Below are positions 43,137 through 58,090 of a stretch of DNA of 64,000 nt, in pieces. Each line of letters starts with the position of its first letter. Position 1 is the first letter of the stretch. Under the pieces are notes generated by a model. The model searched no databases. It was not told the DNA's origin and was given only the letters and a program-made list of their open reading frames with translations. Origin of the DNA: Squalus acanthias (Eukaryota); assembly GCA_030390025.1 (NCBI GenBank), contig CM059438.1, positions 56,236,001-56,300,000 on the forward strand, written 5' to 3'. A program made the position numbers and the translations under genes.

Positions 43137-45903
43137 GTGAGCAATATACTGACACTGTGAGAATGATACTGACAGTGTGAGCATTATACTGACTCTGTGA
43201 ACATTATACTGACTCTGTGAGAATGATACTGACTCTGTGAGCATTATACTGACTCTGTGAGAATGATACTGACTCTGTGAGAATGATACTGACTCTGTGA
43301 GAATGATACTGACACTGTGAGAATGATACTGACACTGTGATCATAATACTGACTCTGTGAGAATCATACTGACACTGTGAGAATGATACTGACTCTGTGA
43401 GTATTATACTGCCACTGTGAGCATTATACTGACAGTGTGAGCATTATACTGACACTGTGAGAATGATACTGACACTGTGAGAATTATACTGACACTGTGA
43501 GAATGATACTGACACTGTGAGCATTATACTGACACTGTGAGCATTATACTGACACTGTGAGAATGATACTGACACTGTGAGCATTATACTGACACTGTGA
43601 GAATGATACTGACTCTGTGAGCATTCTACTGACTCTGTGAGTATTATACTGACACTTTGAGTATGATCCTGACTCTGTGAGCATTATACTGACACTGTGA
43701 GAATTATACTGACACTGTGAGCATTATACTGAAACTGTGAGAATGATACTGACACTGTGAGAATGATACTGACACTGTGAGCATTATACTGACACTGTGA
43801 GAATGATACTGACTCTGTGAGCATTCTACTGACTCTGTGAGTATTATACTGACACTGTGAGAATGATACTGACTCTGTGAGCATTATACTGAATCTGTGA
43901 GAATGATACTGATTCTGTGAGCATTATACTGACTCTGTGAGCATTATACTGACTCTGTGAGCATTAACTGACTCTGTGAGAATGATACTGACACTGTGAG
44001 CATTATACTGAATCTGTGAGCATTATACTGACTCTGTGAGCATTATACTGACTGTGAGCATTGTACTGACTCTGTGAGCATTATACTGACTCCGTGAGAA
44101 TGATACTGACTCTGTGAGCATTATACTGACTGTGAGCATTATACGGACACTGTGAGCATTATACTGACACTGTGAGCATTATACAGACTCTGTGAGAATG
44201 ATACTGACTCTGTGAGCATTATACTGACCCTGTGAGAATGATACTGACTCTGTGAGCATTATACTGACTGTGGGCATTATACGGACACTGTGAGCATTAT
44301 AATGACACTGTGAGAATTATACAGACTCTGTGAGAATGATACTGACTCTGTGAGCATTATACTGACCCTGTGAGAATGATACTGACTCTGTGAGCATTAT
44401 ACTGACTGTGAGCATTATACGGACACTGTGAGCATTATACTGACACTGTGAGAATGATACTGACACTGTGAGAATTATACTGACACTGTGAGAATGATAC
44501 TGACACTGTGAGCATTATACTGACACTGTGAGAATGATACTGACACTGTGAGAATTATACTGACACTGTGAGAATGATACTGACACTGTGAGCATTATGC
44601 TGACACTGTGAGAATGATACTGACTCTGTGAGCATTCTACTGACTCTGTGAGTATTATACTGACACTGTGAGAATGATACTGACTCTGTGAGCATTATAC
44701 TGACTCTGTGAGAATGATACTGATTCTGTGAGCATTATACTGACTCTGTGAGCATTATACTGACTCTGTGAGCATTATACTGACTCTGTGAGCATTAACT
44801 GACTCTGTGAGAATGATACTGACACTGTGAGCATTATACTGAGTCTGTGAGCATTATACTGACACTGTGAGCATTATACTGATTCTGTGAGCATTATACT
44901 GACTCTGTGAGCATCATACTGACTGTGAGCATTGTGCTGACTCTGTGAGCATTATACTGACTCCGTGAGAATGATACTGACTCTGTGAGCATTATACTGA
45001 CTGTGAGCATTATACGGACACTGTCAGCATTATACTGACACTGTGAGCATTATACAGACTCTGTGAGAATGATACTGACTCTGTGAGCATTATACTGACC
45101 CTGTGAGAATGATACTGACTCTGTGAGCATTATACTGACTGTGAGCATTATACGGACACTGTGAGCATTATACTGACACTGTGAGAATTATACAGACTCT
45201 GTGAGAATGATACTGACTCTGTGAGCATTATACTGACCCTGTGAGAATGATACTGACTCTGTGAGCATTATACTGACTGTGAGCATTATACGGACACTGT
45301 GAGCATTATACTGACACTGTGAGAATGATACTGACACTGTGAGAATTATACTGACACTGTGAGAATGATACTGACACTGTGAGCATTATACTGACACTGT
45401 GAGAATGATTCTGACTCTGTGAGCATTCTACTGACTCTGTGAGTATTATACTGACACCGTGAGAATGATACTGACTCTGTGAGCATCATACTGACTCTGT
45501 GAGAATGATACTGACACTGTCAGCATTATACTGAGTCTGTGAGCATTATACTGACACTGTGAGCATTATACTGATTCTGTGAGCATTATACTGACTCTGT
45601 GAGAATTATACTGACTGTGAGCATTATACTGACTCTGTGAGCATTATACTGACTCTGTGAGCATCAACTGACCCTGTGAGCATTATACTGACTCTGTGAG
45701 CATTAACTGACTCTGTGAGAATGATACTGACACTGTGAGCATTATACTGACACTGTGAGCAATATACTGACACTGTGAGAATGATACTGACTCTGTGAGC
45801 ATTATACTGACTCTGTGAGCATTATACTGACACTGTGAGCATTATACTGACACTGTGAGCATTATACTGACTCTGTGAGAATGATACTGATTCTGTGAGC
45901 ATT

Positions 45904-48900
45904 ATACTGACTCTGTGAGCATTATACTGACTCTGTGAGCATTATACTGACTCTGTGAGCATTAACTGAATCTGTGAGAATGATACTGACACTGTGAGCA
46001 TTATGCTGAGTCTGTGAGCATTATACTGACACTGTGAGCATTATACTGATTCTGTGAGCATTATACTGACTCTGTGAGCATTATACTGACTGTGAGCATT
46101 ATACTGACTCTGTGAGCATTATACTGAATCCGTGAGAATTATACTGACTCTGTGAGCATTATACTGACCCTGTGAGAATGATACTGACTCTGTGAGCATT
46201 ATACTGACTGTGAGCATTACACGGACACTGTCAGCATTATACTGACACTGTGAGCATTATACAGACTCTGGGAGAATGATACTGACTCTGTGAGCATTAT
46301 ACTGACCCTGTGAGAATGATACTGACTCTGTGAGCATTATACTGACTGTGAGCATTATACGGACACTGTGAGCATTATACTGACACTGTGAGCATTATAC
46401 AGACTCTGTGAGAATGATACTGAATCTGTGAGCATTATACTGACACTGTGTGCGTTATACTGACTCTGTGAGCATTATACTGACACTGTGAGCATTATAC
46501 TGACTCTGTGAGAATGATACTCACAGTGTGAGCATTAGACTGACACTGTGTGCATTATACTGACTCTGTGAGCATTATACTGACTCTGTGAGCATTATAC
46601 TGACTCTGTGAGCATTATACTGACTTTGTGAGAATGATACTGAACCTGTGAGAATGAAACTGACACTGTGAGCATTATACTGACACTGTGAGCCTTATAC
46701 TGACTCTGTGAGAATGATACTGACTCTGTGAGCATTATACTGACTCTGTGAGAATGATACTGACAGTGTGAGCATTATACTGACTCTGTGAGAATTATAC
46801 TGACACTGTGAGCATTATACTGACAATGTGAGCATTATACTGACTCTGTGAGAATGATACTGACTCTGTGAGCATTATACTGACACTGTGAGAATTATAC
46901 TGACTCTGTGAGAATGATACTGACTCTGTGAGAATGATACTGACTCTGTGAACATTATACTGACTCTGTGAGAATGATACTGACTCTGTGAGAATGATAC
47001 TGACTCTGTGAGAATGATACTGACTCTGTGAGAATGATACTGACACTGTGATCATAATACTGACTCTGTGAGAATGATACTGACTCTGTGAGAATGATAC
47101 TGACTCTGTGAGAATGATACTGACTCTGTGAGAATGATACTGATTCTGTGAGAATGATACTGACACTGTGAGAATGATACTGACTCTGTGAACATTATAC
47201 TGACGCTGTGAGAATGATACTGACTCTGTGAGAATGATACTGACACTGTGAGAATGATACTGACACTGTGATCATAATACTGACTCTGTGAGAATGATAC
47301 TGACTCTGTGAGAATGATACTGACTCCGTGAGCATTATACTGACACTGTGAGCATTATACTGACTCTGTGAGCATTCTACTGACTCTGTGAGTATTATAC
47401 TGACTCTGTGAGCATTATACTGACACTGTGAGAATGATACTGACTCTGTGAGCATTATACTGACTCTGTGAGAATGATACTGATTCTGTGAGCATTATAC
47501 TGACTCTGTGAGCAGTATACTGACTCTGTGAGCATTATACTGACTCTGTGAGCATTATACTGACTCTGTGAGCGTTAACTGACTGTGAGAATGATACTGA
47601 TTCTGTGAGCATTATACTGACACTGTGAGCATTATGCTGACAATGTGAGCATTATACGGACACTGTGAGAATGATACTGACACTGTGAGCATTATACTGA
47701 CACTGTGAGAATGATACTGACTCTGTGAGAATTATACTGACACTGTGAGCATTATACTGACACTGTGAGCATTATACTGACACTGTGAGCATTATACTGA
47801 CAATGTGAGCATTATACTGACATTGTGAGCATTATACTGACTCTGTGAGCATTATACTGACTCTGTGAGCATTATACTGACTCTGTGAGCATCAACTGAC
47901 CCTGTGAGCATTATACTGACTCTGTGAGCATTAACTGACTCTGTGAGAATGATACTGACACTGTGAGCATTATACTGACCCTGTGAGCATTAACTGACTC
48001 TGTGAGAATGATACTGACTCTGTGAGCATTATACTGACACTGTGAGCATTAACTGACTCTGTGAGAATGATACTGACTCTGTGAGCATTATACAGTCTCT
48101 GTGAGCATTAACTGACTCTGTGAGAATGATACTGACTCTGTGAGCATTATACTGACTCTGTGAGCATTAACTGACTCTGTGAGAATGATACTGACTCTGT
48201 GAGCATTATACTGACTCTGTGAGCATTATACTGACTCTGTGAGCATTAACTGACTCTGTGAGAATGATACTGACTCTGTGAGCATTATACTGACTCTGTG
48301 AGCATTATACTGACTCTGTGAGCATCAACTGACCCTGTGAGCATTATACTGACTCTGTGAGCATTAACTGACTCTGTGAGAATGATACTGACACTGTGAG
48401 CATTATACTGACACTGTGAGCAATATACTGACACTGTGAGAATGATACTGACTCTGTGAGCATTATACTGACTCTGTGAGCATTATACTGACACTGTGAG
48501 CATTATACTGACACTGTGAGCATTATACTGACTCTGTGAGAATGATACTGACAGTGTGAGCATTATACTGACTCTGTGAACATTATACTGACTCTGTGAG
48601 AATGATACTGACTCTGTGAGCATTATACTGACTCTGTGAGAATGATACTGACTCTGTGAGAATGATACTGACTCTGTGAGAATGATACTGACACTGTGAG
48701 AATGATACTGACTTTGTGAGTATTATACTGCCACTGTGAGCATTATACTGACAGTGTGAGCATTATACTGACACTGTGAGAATGATACTGACACTGTGAG
48801 AATTATACTGACACTATCAGAATGATACTGACACTGTGAGCATTATACTGACACTGTGAGCATTATACTGACACTGTGAGAATGATACTGACACTGTGAG

Positions 48901-51900
48901 CATTATACTGACACTGTGAGAATGATACTGACTCTGTGAGCATTCTACTGACTCTGTGAGTATTATACTGACACTGTGAGTATGATCCTGACTCTGTGAG
49001 CATTATACTGACACTGTGAGAATGATACTGACACTGTGAGCATTATGCTGACACTGTGAGAATGATACTGACTCTGTGAGCATTCTACTGACTCTGTGAG
49101 TATTATACTGACACTGTGAGTATGATCCTGACTCTGTGAGCATTATACTGACACTGTGAGAATGATACTGACTCTGTGAGCATTATACTGACACTGTGAG
49201 CATTAACTGACTCTGTGAGAATGATACTGACACTGTGAGCATTATACTGACACTGTGAGAATGATACTGACTCTGTGAGCATTCTACTGACTCTGTGAGT
49301 ATTATACTGACACTGTGAGTATGATCCTGACTCTGTGAGCATTATACTGACACTGTGAGAATGATACTGACACTGTGAGCATTATGCTGACACTGTGAGA
49401 ATGATACTGACTCTGTGAGCATTCTACTGACTCTGTGAGTATTATACTGACACTGTGAGTATGATCCTGACTCTGTGAGCATTATACTGACACTGTGAGA
49501 ATGATACTGACTCTGTGAGCATTATACTGACTCTGTGAGCATTATACTGACTCTGTGAGCATTAACTGAATCTGTGAGAATGATACTGACACTGTGAGCA
49601 TTATGCTGAGTCTGTGAGCATTATACTGACACTGTGAGCATTATACTGATTCTGTGAGCATTATACTGACTCTGTGAGCATTATACTGACTGTGAGCATT
49701 ATACTGACTCTGTGAGCATTATACTGAATCCGTGAGAATTATACTGACTCTGTGAGCATTATACTGACCCTGTGAGAATGATACTGACTCTGTGAGCATT
49801 ATACTGACTGTGAGCATTACACGGACACTGTCAGCATTATACTGACACTGTGAGCATTATACAGACTCTGGGAGAATGATACTGACTCTGTGAGCATTAT
49901 ACTGACCCTGTGAGAATGATACTGACTCTGTGAGCATTATACTGACTGTGAGCATTATACGGACACTGTGAGCATTATACTGACACTGTGAGCATTATAC
50001 AGACTCTGTGAGAATGATACTGAATCTGTGAGCATTATACTGACACTGTGTGCGTTATACTGACTCTGTGAGCATTATACTGACACTGTGAGCATTATAC
50101 TGACTCTGTGAGAATGATACTCACAGTGTGAGCATTAGACTGACACTGTGTGCATTATACTGACTCTGTGAGCATTATACTGACTCTGTGAGCATTATAC
50201 TGACTCTGTGAGCATTATACTGACTTTGTGAGAATGATACTGAACCTGTGAGAATGAAACTGACACTGTGAGCATTATACTGACACTGTGAGCCTTATAC
50301 TGACTCTGTGAGAATGATACTGACTCTGTGAGCATTATACTGACTCTGTGAGAATGATACTGACAGTGTGAGCATTATACTGACTCTGTGAGAATTATAC
50401 TGACACTGTGAGCATTATACTGACAATGTGAGCATTATACTGACTCTGTGAGAATGATACTGACTCTGTGAGCATTATACTGACACTGTGAGAATTATAC
50501 TGACTCTGTGAGAATGATACTGACTCTGTGAGAATGATACTGACTCTGTGAACATTATACTGACTCTGTGAGAATGATACTGACTCTGTGAGAATGATAC
50601 TGACTCTGTGAGAATGATACTGACTCTGTGAGAATGATACTGACACTGTGATCATAATACTGACTCTGTGAGAATGATACTGACTCTGTGAGAATGATAC
50701 TGACTCTGTGAGAATGATACTGACTCTGTGAGAATGATACTGATTCTGTGAGAATGATACTGACACTGTGAGAATGATACTGACTCTGTGAACATTATAC
50801 TGACGCTGTGAGAATGATACTGACTCTGTGAGAATGATACTGACACTGTGAGAATGATACTGACACTGTGATCATAATACTGACTCTGTGAGAATGATAC
50901 TGACTCTGTGAGAATGATACTGACTCCGTGAGCATTATACTGACACTGTGAGCATTATACTGACTCTGTGAGCATTCTACTGACTCTGTGAGTATTATAC
51001 TGACTCTGTGAGCATTATACTGACACTGTGAGAATGATACTGACTCTGTGAGCATTATACTGACTCTGTGAGAATGATACTGATTCTGTGAGCATTATAC
51101 TGACTCTGTGAGCAGTATACTGACTCTGTGAGCATTATACTGACTCTGTGAGCATTATACTGACTCTGTGAGCGTTAACTGACTGTGAGAATGATACTGA
51201 TTCTGTGAGCATTATACTGACACTGTGAGCATTATGCTGACAATGTGAGCATTATACGGACACTGTGAGAATGATACTGACACTGTGAGCATTATACTGA
51301 CACTGTGAGAATGATACTGACTCTGTGAGAATTATACTGACACTGTGAGCATTATACTGACACTGTGAGCATTATACTGACACTGTGAGCATTATACTGA
51401 CAATGTGAGCATTATACTGACATTGTGAGCATTATACTGACTCTGTGAGCATTATACTGACTCTGTGAGCATTATACTGACTCTGTGAGCATCAACTGAC
51501 CCTGTGAGCATTATACTGACTCTGTGAGCATTAACTGACTCTGTGAGAATGATACTGACACTGTGAGCATTATACTGACCCTGTGAGCATTAACTGACTC
51601 TGTGAGAATGATACTGACTCTGTGAGCATTATACTGACACTGTGAGCATTAACTGACTCTGTGAGAATGATACTGACTCTGTGAGCATTATACAGTCTCT
51701 GTGAGCATTAACTGACTCTGTGAGAATGATACTGACTCTGTGAGCATTATACTGACTCTGTGAGCATTAACTGACTCTGTGAGAATGATACTGACTCTGT
51801 GAGCATTATACTGACTCTGTGAGCATTATACTGACTCTGTGAGCATTAACTGACTCTGTGAGAATGATACTGACTCTGTGAGCATTATACTGACTCTGTG

Positions 51901-52831
51901 AGCATTATACTGACTCTGTGAGCATCAACTGACCCTGTGAGCATTATACTGACTCTGTGAGCATTAACTGACTCTGTGAGAATGATACTGACACTGTGAG
52001 CATTATACTGACACTGTGAGCAATATACTGACACTGTGAGAATGATACTGACTCTGTGAGCATTATACTGACTCTGTGAGCATTATACTGACACTGTGAG
52101 CATTATACTGACACTGTGAGCATTATACTGACTCTGTGAGAATGATACTGACAGTGTGAGCATTATACTGACTCTGTGAACATTATACTGACTCTGTGAG
52201 AATGATACTGACTCTGTGAGCATTATACTGACTCTGTGAGAATGATACTGACTCTGTGAGAATGATACTGACTCTGTGAGAATGATACTGACACTGTGAG
52301 AATGATACTGACTTTGTGAGTATTATACTGCCACTGTGAGCATTATACTGACAGTGTGAGCATTATACTGACACTGTGAGAATGATACTGACACTGTGAG
52401 AATTATACTGACACTATCAGAATGATACTGACACTGTGAGCATTATACTGACACTGTGAGCATTATACTGACACTGTGAGAATGATACTGACACTGTGAG
52501 CATTATACTGACACTGTGAGAATGATACTGACTCTGTGAGCATTCTACTGACTCTGTGAGTATTATACTGACACTGTGAGTATGATCCTGACTCTGTGAG
52601 CATTATACTGACACTGTGAGAATGATACTGACACTGTGAGCATTATGCTGACACTGTGAGAATGATACTGACTCTGTGAGCATTCTACTGACTCTGTGAG
52701 TATTATACTGACACTGTGAGTATGATCCTGACTCTGTGAGCATTATACTGACACTGTGAGAATGATACTGACTCTGTGAGCATTATACTGACACTGTGAG
52801 CATTAACTGACTCTGTGAGAATGATACTGAC
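45904..52831. repeat. Near-tandem duplication, period 3600 bp (45904-49231 repeated at 49504-52831)
   Basis: Printed lines match at +3600 (45961/49561; 46501/50101 with TCACAGTGTGAGCATTAGAC; 48781/52381 with ACACTATCAG). Divergence starts at 49232/52832. Confidence 0.95.
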
Positions 52832-55800
52832 TCTGTGAGCATTATACAGACTCTGTGAGCATTAACTGACTCTGTGAGAATGATACTGACTCTGTGAGCA
52901 TTATACTGACTCTGTGAGCATTAACTGACTCTGTGAGAATGATACTGACTCTGTGAGCATTATACTGACTCTGTGAGCATTATACTGACTCTGTGAGTAT
53001 TAACTGACTCTGTGAGAATGATACTGACTCTGTGAGCATTATACTGACTCTGTGAGCATTATACTGACTCTGTGAGCATCAACTGACCCTGTGAGCATTA
53101 TACTGACTCTGTGAGCATTAACTGACTCTGTGAGAATGATACTGACACTGTGAGCATTATACTGACACTGTGAGCAATGTACTGACACTGTGAGAATGAT
53201 ACTGACTCTGTGAGCATTATACTGACTCTGTGAGCATTATACTGACACTGTGAGCATTATACTGACACTGTGAGCATTATACTGACTCTGTGAGAATGAT
53301 ACTGACAGTGTGAGCATTATACTGACTCTGTGAACATTATACTGACTCTGTGAGAATGATACTGACTCTGTGAGCATTATACTGACTCTGTGAGAATGAT
53401 ACTGACACTGTGAGAATGATACTGACTTTGTGAGTATTATACTGCCACTGTGAGCATTATACTGACAGTGTGAGCATTATACTGACACTGTGAGAATGAT
53501 ACTGACACTGTGAGAATTATACTGACACTGTCAGAATGATACTGACACTGTGAGCATTATACTGACACTGTGAGCATTATACTGACACTGTGAGAATGAT
53601 ACTGACACTGTGAGCATTATACTGACACTGTGAGAATGATACTTACTCTGTGAGCATTCTACTGACTCTGTGAGTATTATACTGACACTGTGAGTATGAT
53701 CCTGACTCTGTGAGCATTATACTGACACTGTGAGAATTATACTGTCACTGTGAGCATTATACTGACACTGTGAGAATGATACTGACACTGTGAGAATTAT
53801 ACTGACACTGTGAGAATGATACTGACACTGTGAGCATTATACTGACACTGTAAGAATGATACTGACTCTGTGAGCATTATACTGACTCTGTGAGAATGAT
53901 ACTGATTCTGTGAGCATTTTACTGACTCTGTGAGGATTATACTGACTCTGTGAGCATTATACTGACTCTGTGATCGTTAACTGACTCTGTGAGAATGATA
54001 CTGACACTGTGAGCATTATACTGAGTCTGTGAGCATTATACTGACACTGTGAGCATTATACTGATTCTGTGAGCATTATCCTGACTCTGTGAGCATTATA
54101 CTGACTGTGAGCATTATACTGACTCTGTGAGCATTATACTGACTCCGTGAGAATGATACTGACTCTGTGAGTATGATCCTGACTCTGTGAGCATTATACT
54201 GACACTGTGAGAATGATTCTGACTCTGTGAGAATGATACTGACTCTGTGAGAATGATACTGACTCTGTGAACATTATACTGACTCTGTGAGAATGATACT
54301 GACTCTGTGAGAATGATACTGACTCTGTGAGAATGATACTGACTCTGTGAGAATGATACTGACACTGTGATCATAATACTGACTCTGTGAGAATGATACT
54401 GACTCTGTGAGAATGATACTGACTCTGTGAGAATGATACTGACTCTGTGAGAATGATACTGATTCTGTGAGAATGATACTGACACTGTGAGAATGATACT
54501 GACTCTGTGAACATTATACTGATGCTGTGAGAATGATACTGACTCTGTGAGAATGATACTGACTCTGTGAGAATGATACTGACTCCGTGAGCATTATACT
54601 GACACTGTGAGCATTATACTGACTCTGTGAGCATTCTACTGACTCTGTGAGTATTATACTGACTCTGTGAGCATTATACTGACACTGTGAGAATGATACT
54701 GACTCTGTGAGCATTATACTGACTCTGTGAGAATGATACTGATTCTGTGAGCATTATACTGACTCTGTGAGCAGTATACTGACTCTGTGAGCATTATACT
54801 GACTCTGTGAGCATTATACTGACTCTGTGAGCGTTAACTGACTCTGTGAGAATGATACTGATTCTGTGAGCATTATACTGACACTGTGAGCATTATGCTG
54901 ACAATGTGAGCATTATACGGACACTGTGAGAATGATACTGACACTGTGAGCATTATACTGACACTGTGAGAATGATACTGACTCTGTGAGAATTATACTG
55001 ACACTGTGAGCATTATACTGACACTGTGAGCATTATACTGACACTGTGAGCATTATACTGACAATGTGAGCATTATACTGACATTGTGAGCATTATACTG
55101 ACTCTGTGAGCATTATACTGACTCTGTGAGCATTATACTGACTCTGTGAGCATCAACTGACCCTGTGAGCATTATACTGACTCTGTGAGCATTAACTGAC
55201 TCTGTGAGAATGATACTGACACTGTGAGCATTATACTGACCCTGTGAGCATTAACTGACTCTGTGAGAATGATACTGACTCTGTGAGCATTATACTGACA
55301 CTGTGAGCATTAACTGACTCTGTGAGAATGATACTGACTCTGTGAGCATTATACAGTCTCTGTGAGCATTAACTGACTCTGTGAGAATGATACTGACTCT
55401 GTGAGCATTATACTGACTCTGTGAGCATTATACTGACTCTGTGAGCATTAACTGACTCTGTGAGAATGATACTGACTCTGTGAGCATTATACTGACTCTG
55501 TGAGCATTATACTGACTCTGTGAGCATCAACTGACCCTGTGAGCATTATACTGACTCTGTGAGCATTAACTGACTCTGTGAGAATGATACTGACACTGTG
55601 AGCATTATACTGACACTGTGAGCAATATACTGACACTGTGAGAATGATACTGACTCTGTGAGCATTATACTGACTCTGTGAGCATTATACTGAAACTGTG
55701 AGCATTATACTGACACTGTGAGCATTATACTGACTCTGTGAGAATGATACTGACAGTGTGAGCATTATACTGACTCTGTGAACATTATACTGACTCTGTG

Positions 55801-57129
55801 AGAATGATACTGACTCTGTGAGCATTATACTGACTCTGTGAGAATGATACTGACTCTGTGAGAATGATACTGACTCTGTGAGAATGATACTGACACTGTG
55901 AGAATGATACTGACTTTGTGAGTATTATACTGCCACTGTGAGCATTATACTGACAGTGTGAGCATTATACTGACACTGTGAGAATGATACTGACACTGTG
56001 AGAATTATACTGACACTATCAGAATGATACTGACACTGTGAGCATTATACTGACACTGTGAGCATTATACTGACACTGTGAGAATGATACTGACTCTGTG
56101 AGCATTCTACTGACTCTGTGAGTATTATACTGACACTGTGAGTATGATCCTGACTCTGTGAGCATTATACTGACACTGTGAGAATGATCCTGACTCTGTG
56201 AGCATTATACTGACACTGTGAGAATGATACTGACTCTGTGAGCATTATACTGACACTGTGAGCATTAACTGACTCTGTGAGAATGATACTGACTCTGTGA
56301 GCATTATACAGACTCTGTGAGCATTAACTGACTCTGTGAGAATGATACTGACTCTGTGAGCATTATACTGACTCTGTGAGCATTAACTGACTCTGTGAGA
56401 ATGATACTGACTCTGTGAGCATTATACTGACTCTGTGAGCATTATACTGACTCTGTGAGTATTAACTGACTCTGTGAGAATGATACTGACTCTGTGAGCA
56501 TTATACTGACTCTGTGAGCATTATACTGACTCTGTGAGCATCAACTGACCCTGTGAGCATTATACTGACTCTGTGAGCATTAACTGACTCTGTGAGAATG
56601 ATACTGACACTGTGAGCATTATACTGACACTGTGAGCAAGGTACTGACACTGTGAGAATGATACTGACTCTGTGAGCATTATACTGACTCTGTGAGCATT
56701 ATACTGACACTGTGAGCATTATACTGACACTGTGAGCATTATACTGACTCTGTGAGAATGATACTGACAGTGTGAGCATTATACTGACTCTGTGAACATT
56801 ATACTGACTCTGTGAGAATGATACTGACTCTGTGAGCATTATACTGACTCTGTGAGAATGATACTGACACTGTGAGAATGATACTGACTTTGTGAGTATT
56901 ATACTGCCACTGTGAGCATTATACTGACAGTGTGAGCATTATACTCACACTGTGAGAATGATACTGACACTGTGAGAATTATACTGACACTGTCAGAATG
57001 ATACTGACACTGTGAGCATTATACTGACACTGTGAGCATTATTCTGACACTGTGAGAATGATACTGACACTGTGAGCATTATACTGACACTGTGAGAATG
57101 ATACTTACTCTGTGAGCATTCTACTGACT

Positions 57130-58090
57130 CTGTGAGTATTATACTGACACTGTGAGTATGATCCTGACTCTGTGAGCATTATACTGACACTGTAAGAATT
57201 ATACTGTCACTGTGAGCATTATACTGACACTGTGAGAATGATACTGACACTGTGAGAATTATACTGACACTGTGAGAATGATACTGACACTGTGAGCATT
57301 ATACTGACACTGTAAGAATGATACTGACTCTGTGAGCATTATACTGACTCTGTGAGAATGATACTGATTCTGTGAGCATTTTACTGACTCTGTGAGGATT
57401 ATACTGACTCTGTGAGCATTATACTGACTCTGTGATCGTTAACTGACTCTGTGAGAATGATACTGACACTGTGAGCATTATACTGAGTCTGTGAGCATTA
57501 TACTGACACTGTGAGCATTATACTGATTCTGTGAGCATTATCCTGACTCTGTGAGCATTATACTGACTGTGAGCATTATACTGACTCTGTGAGCATTATA
57601 CTGACTCCGTGAGAATGATACTGACACTGTGAGTATGATCCTGACTCTGTGAGCATTATACTGACACTGTAAGAATTATACTGTCACTGTGAGCATTATA
57701 CTGACACTGTGAGAATGATACTGACACTGTGAGAATTATACTGACACTGTGAGAATGATACTGACACTGTGAGCATTATACTGACACTGTAAGAATGATA
57801 CTGACTCTGTGAGCATTATACTGACTCTGTGAGAATGATACTGATTCTGTGAGCATTTTACTGACTCTGTGAGGATTATACTGACTCTGTGAGCATTATA
57901 CTGACTCTGTGATCGTTAACTGACTCTGTGAGAATGATACTGACACTGTGAGCATTATACTGAGTCTGTGAGCATTATACTGACACTGTGAGCATTATAC
58001 TGATTCTGTGAGCATTATCCTGACTCTGTGAGCATTATACTGACTGTGAGCATTATACTGACTCTGTGAGCATTATACTGACTCCGTGAG
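57130..58090. repeat. Tandem duplication of a 477-bp (24-monomer) unit
   Basis: TGTAAGAATTATACTGTCAC at 57191/57668 and GAGGATT at 57394/57871. Confidence 0.9.

Noticed and set aside
45904..49504. Period of exactly 3600 bp suggesting 180 x 20 bp or nucleosome multiples
   Set aside because: By my count the unit holds 181 monomers with 20 bp of cumulative deletions, and neighbouring units are 3462-3659 bp, so the round number looks coincidental.
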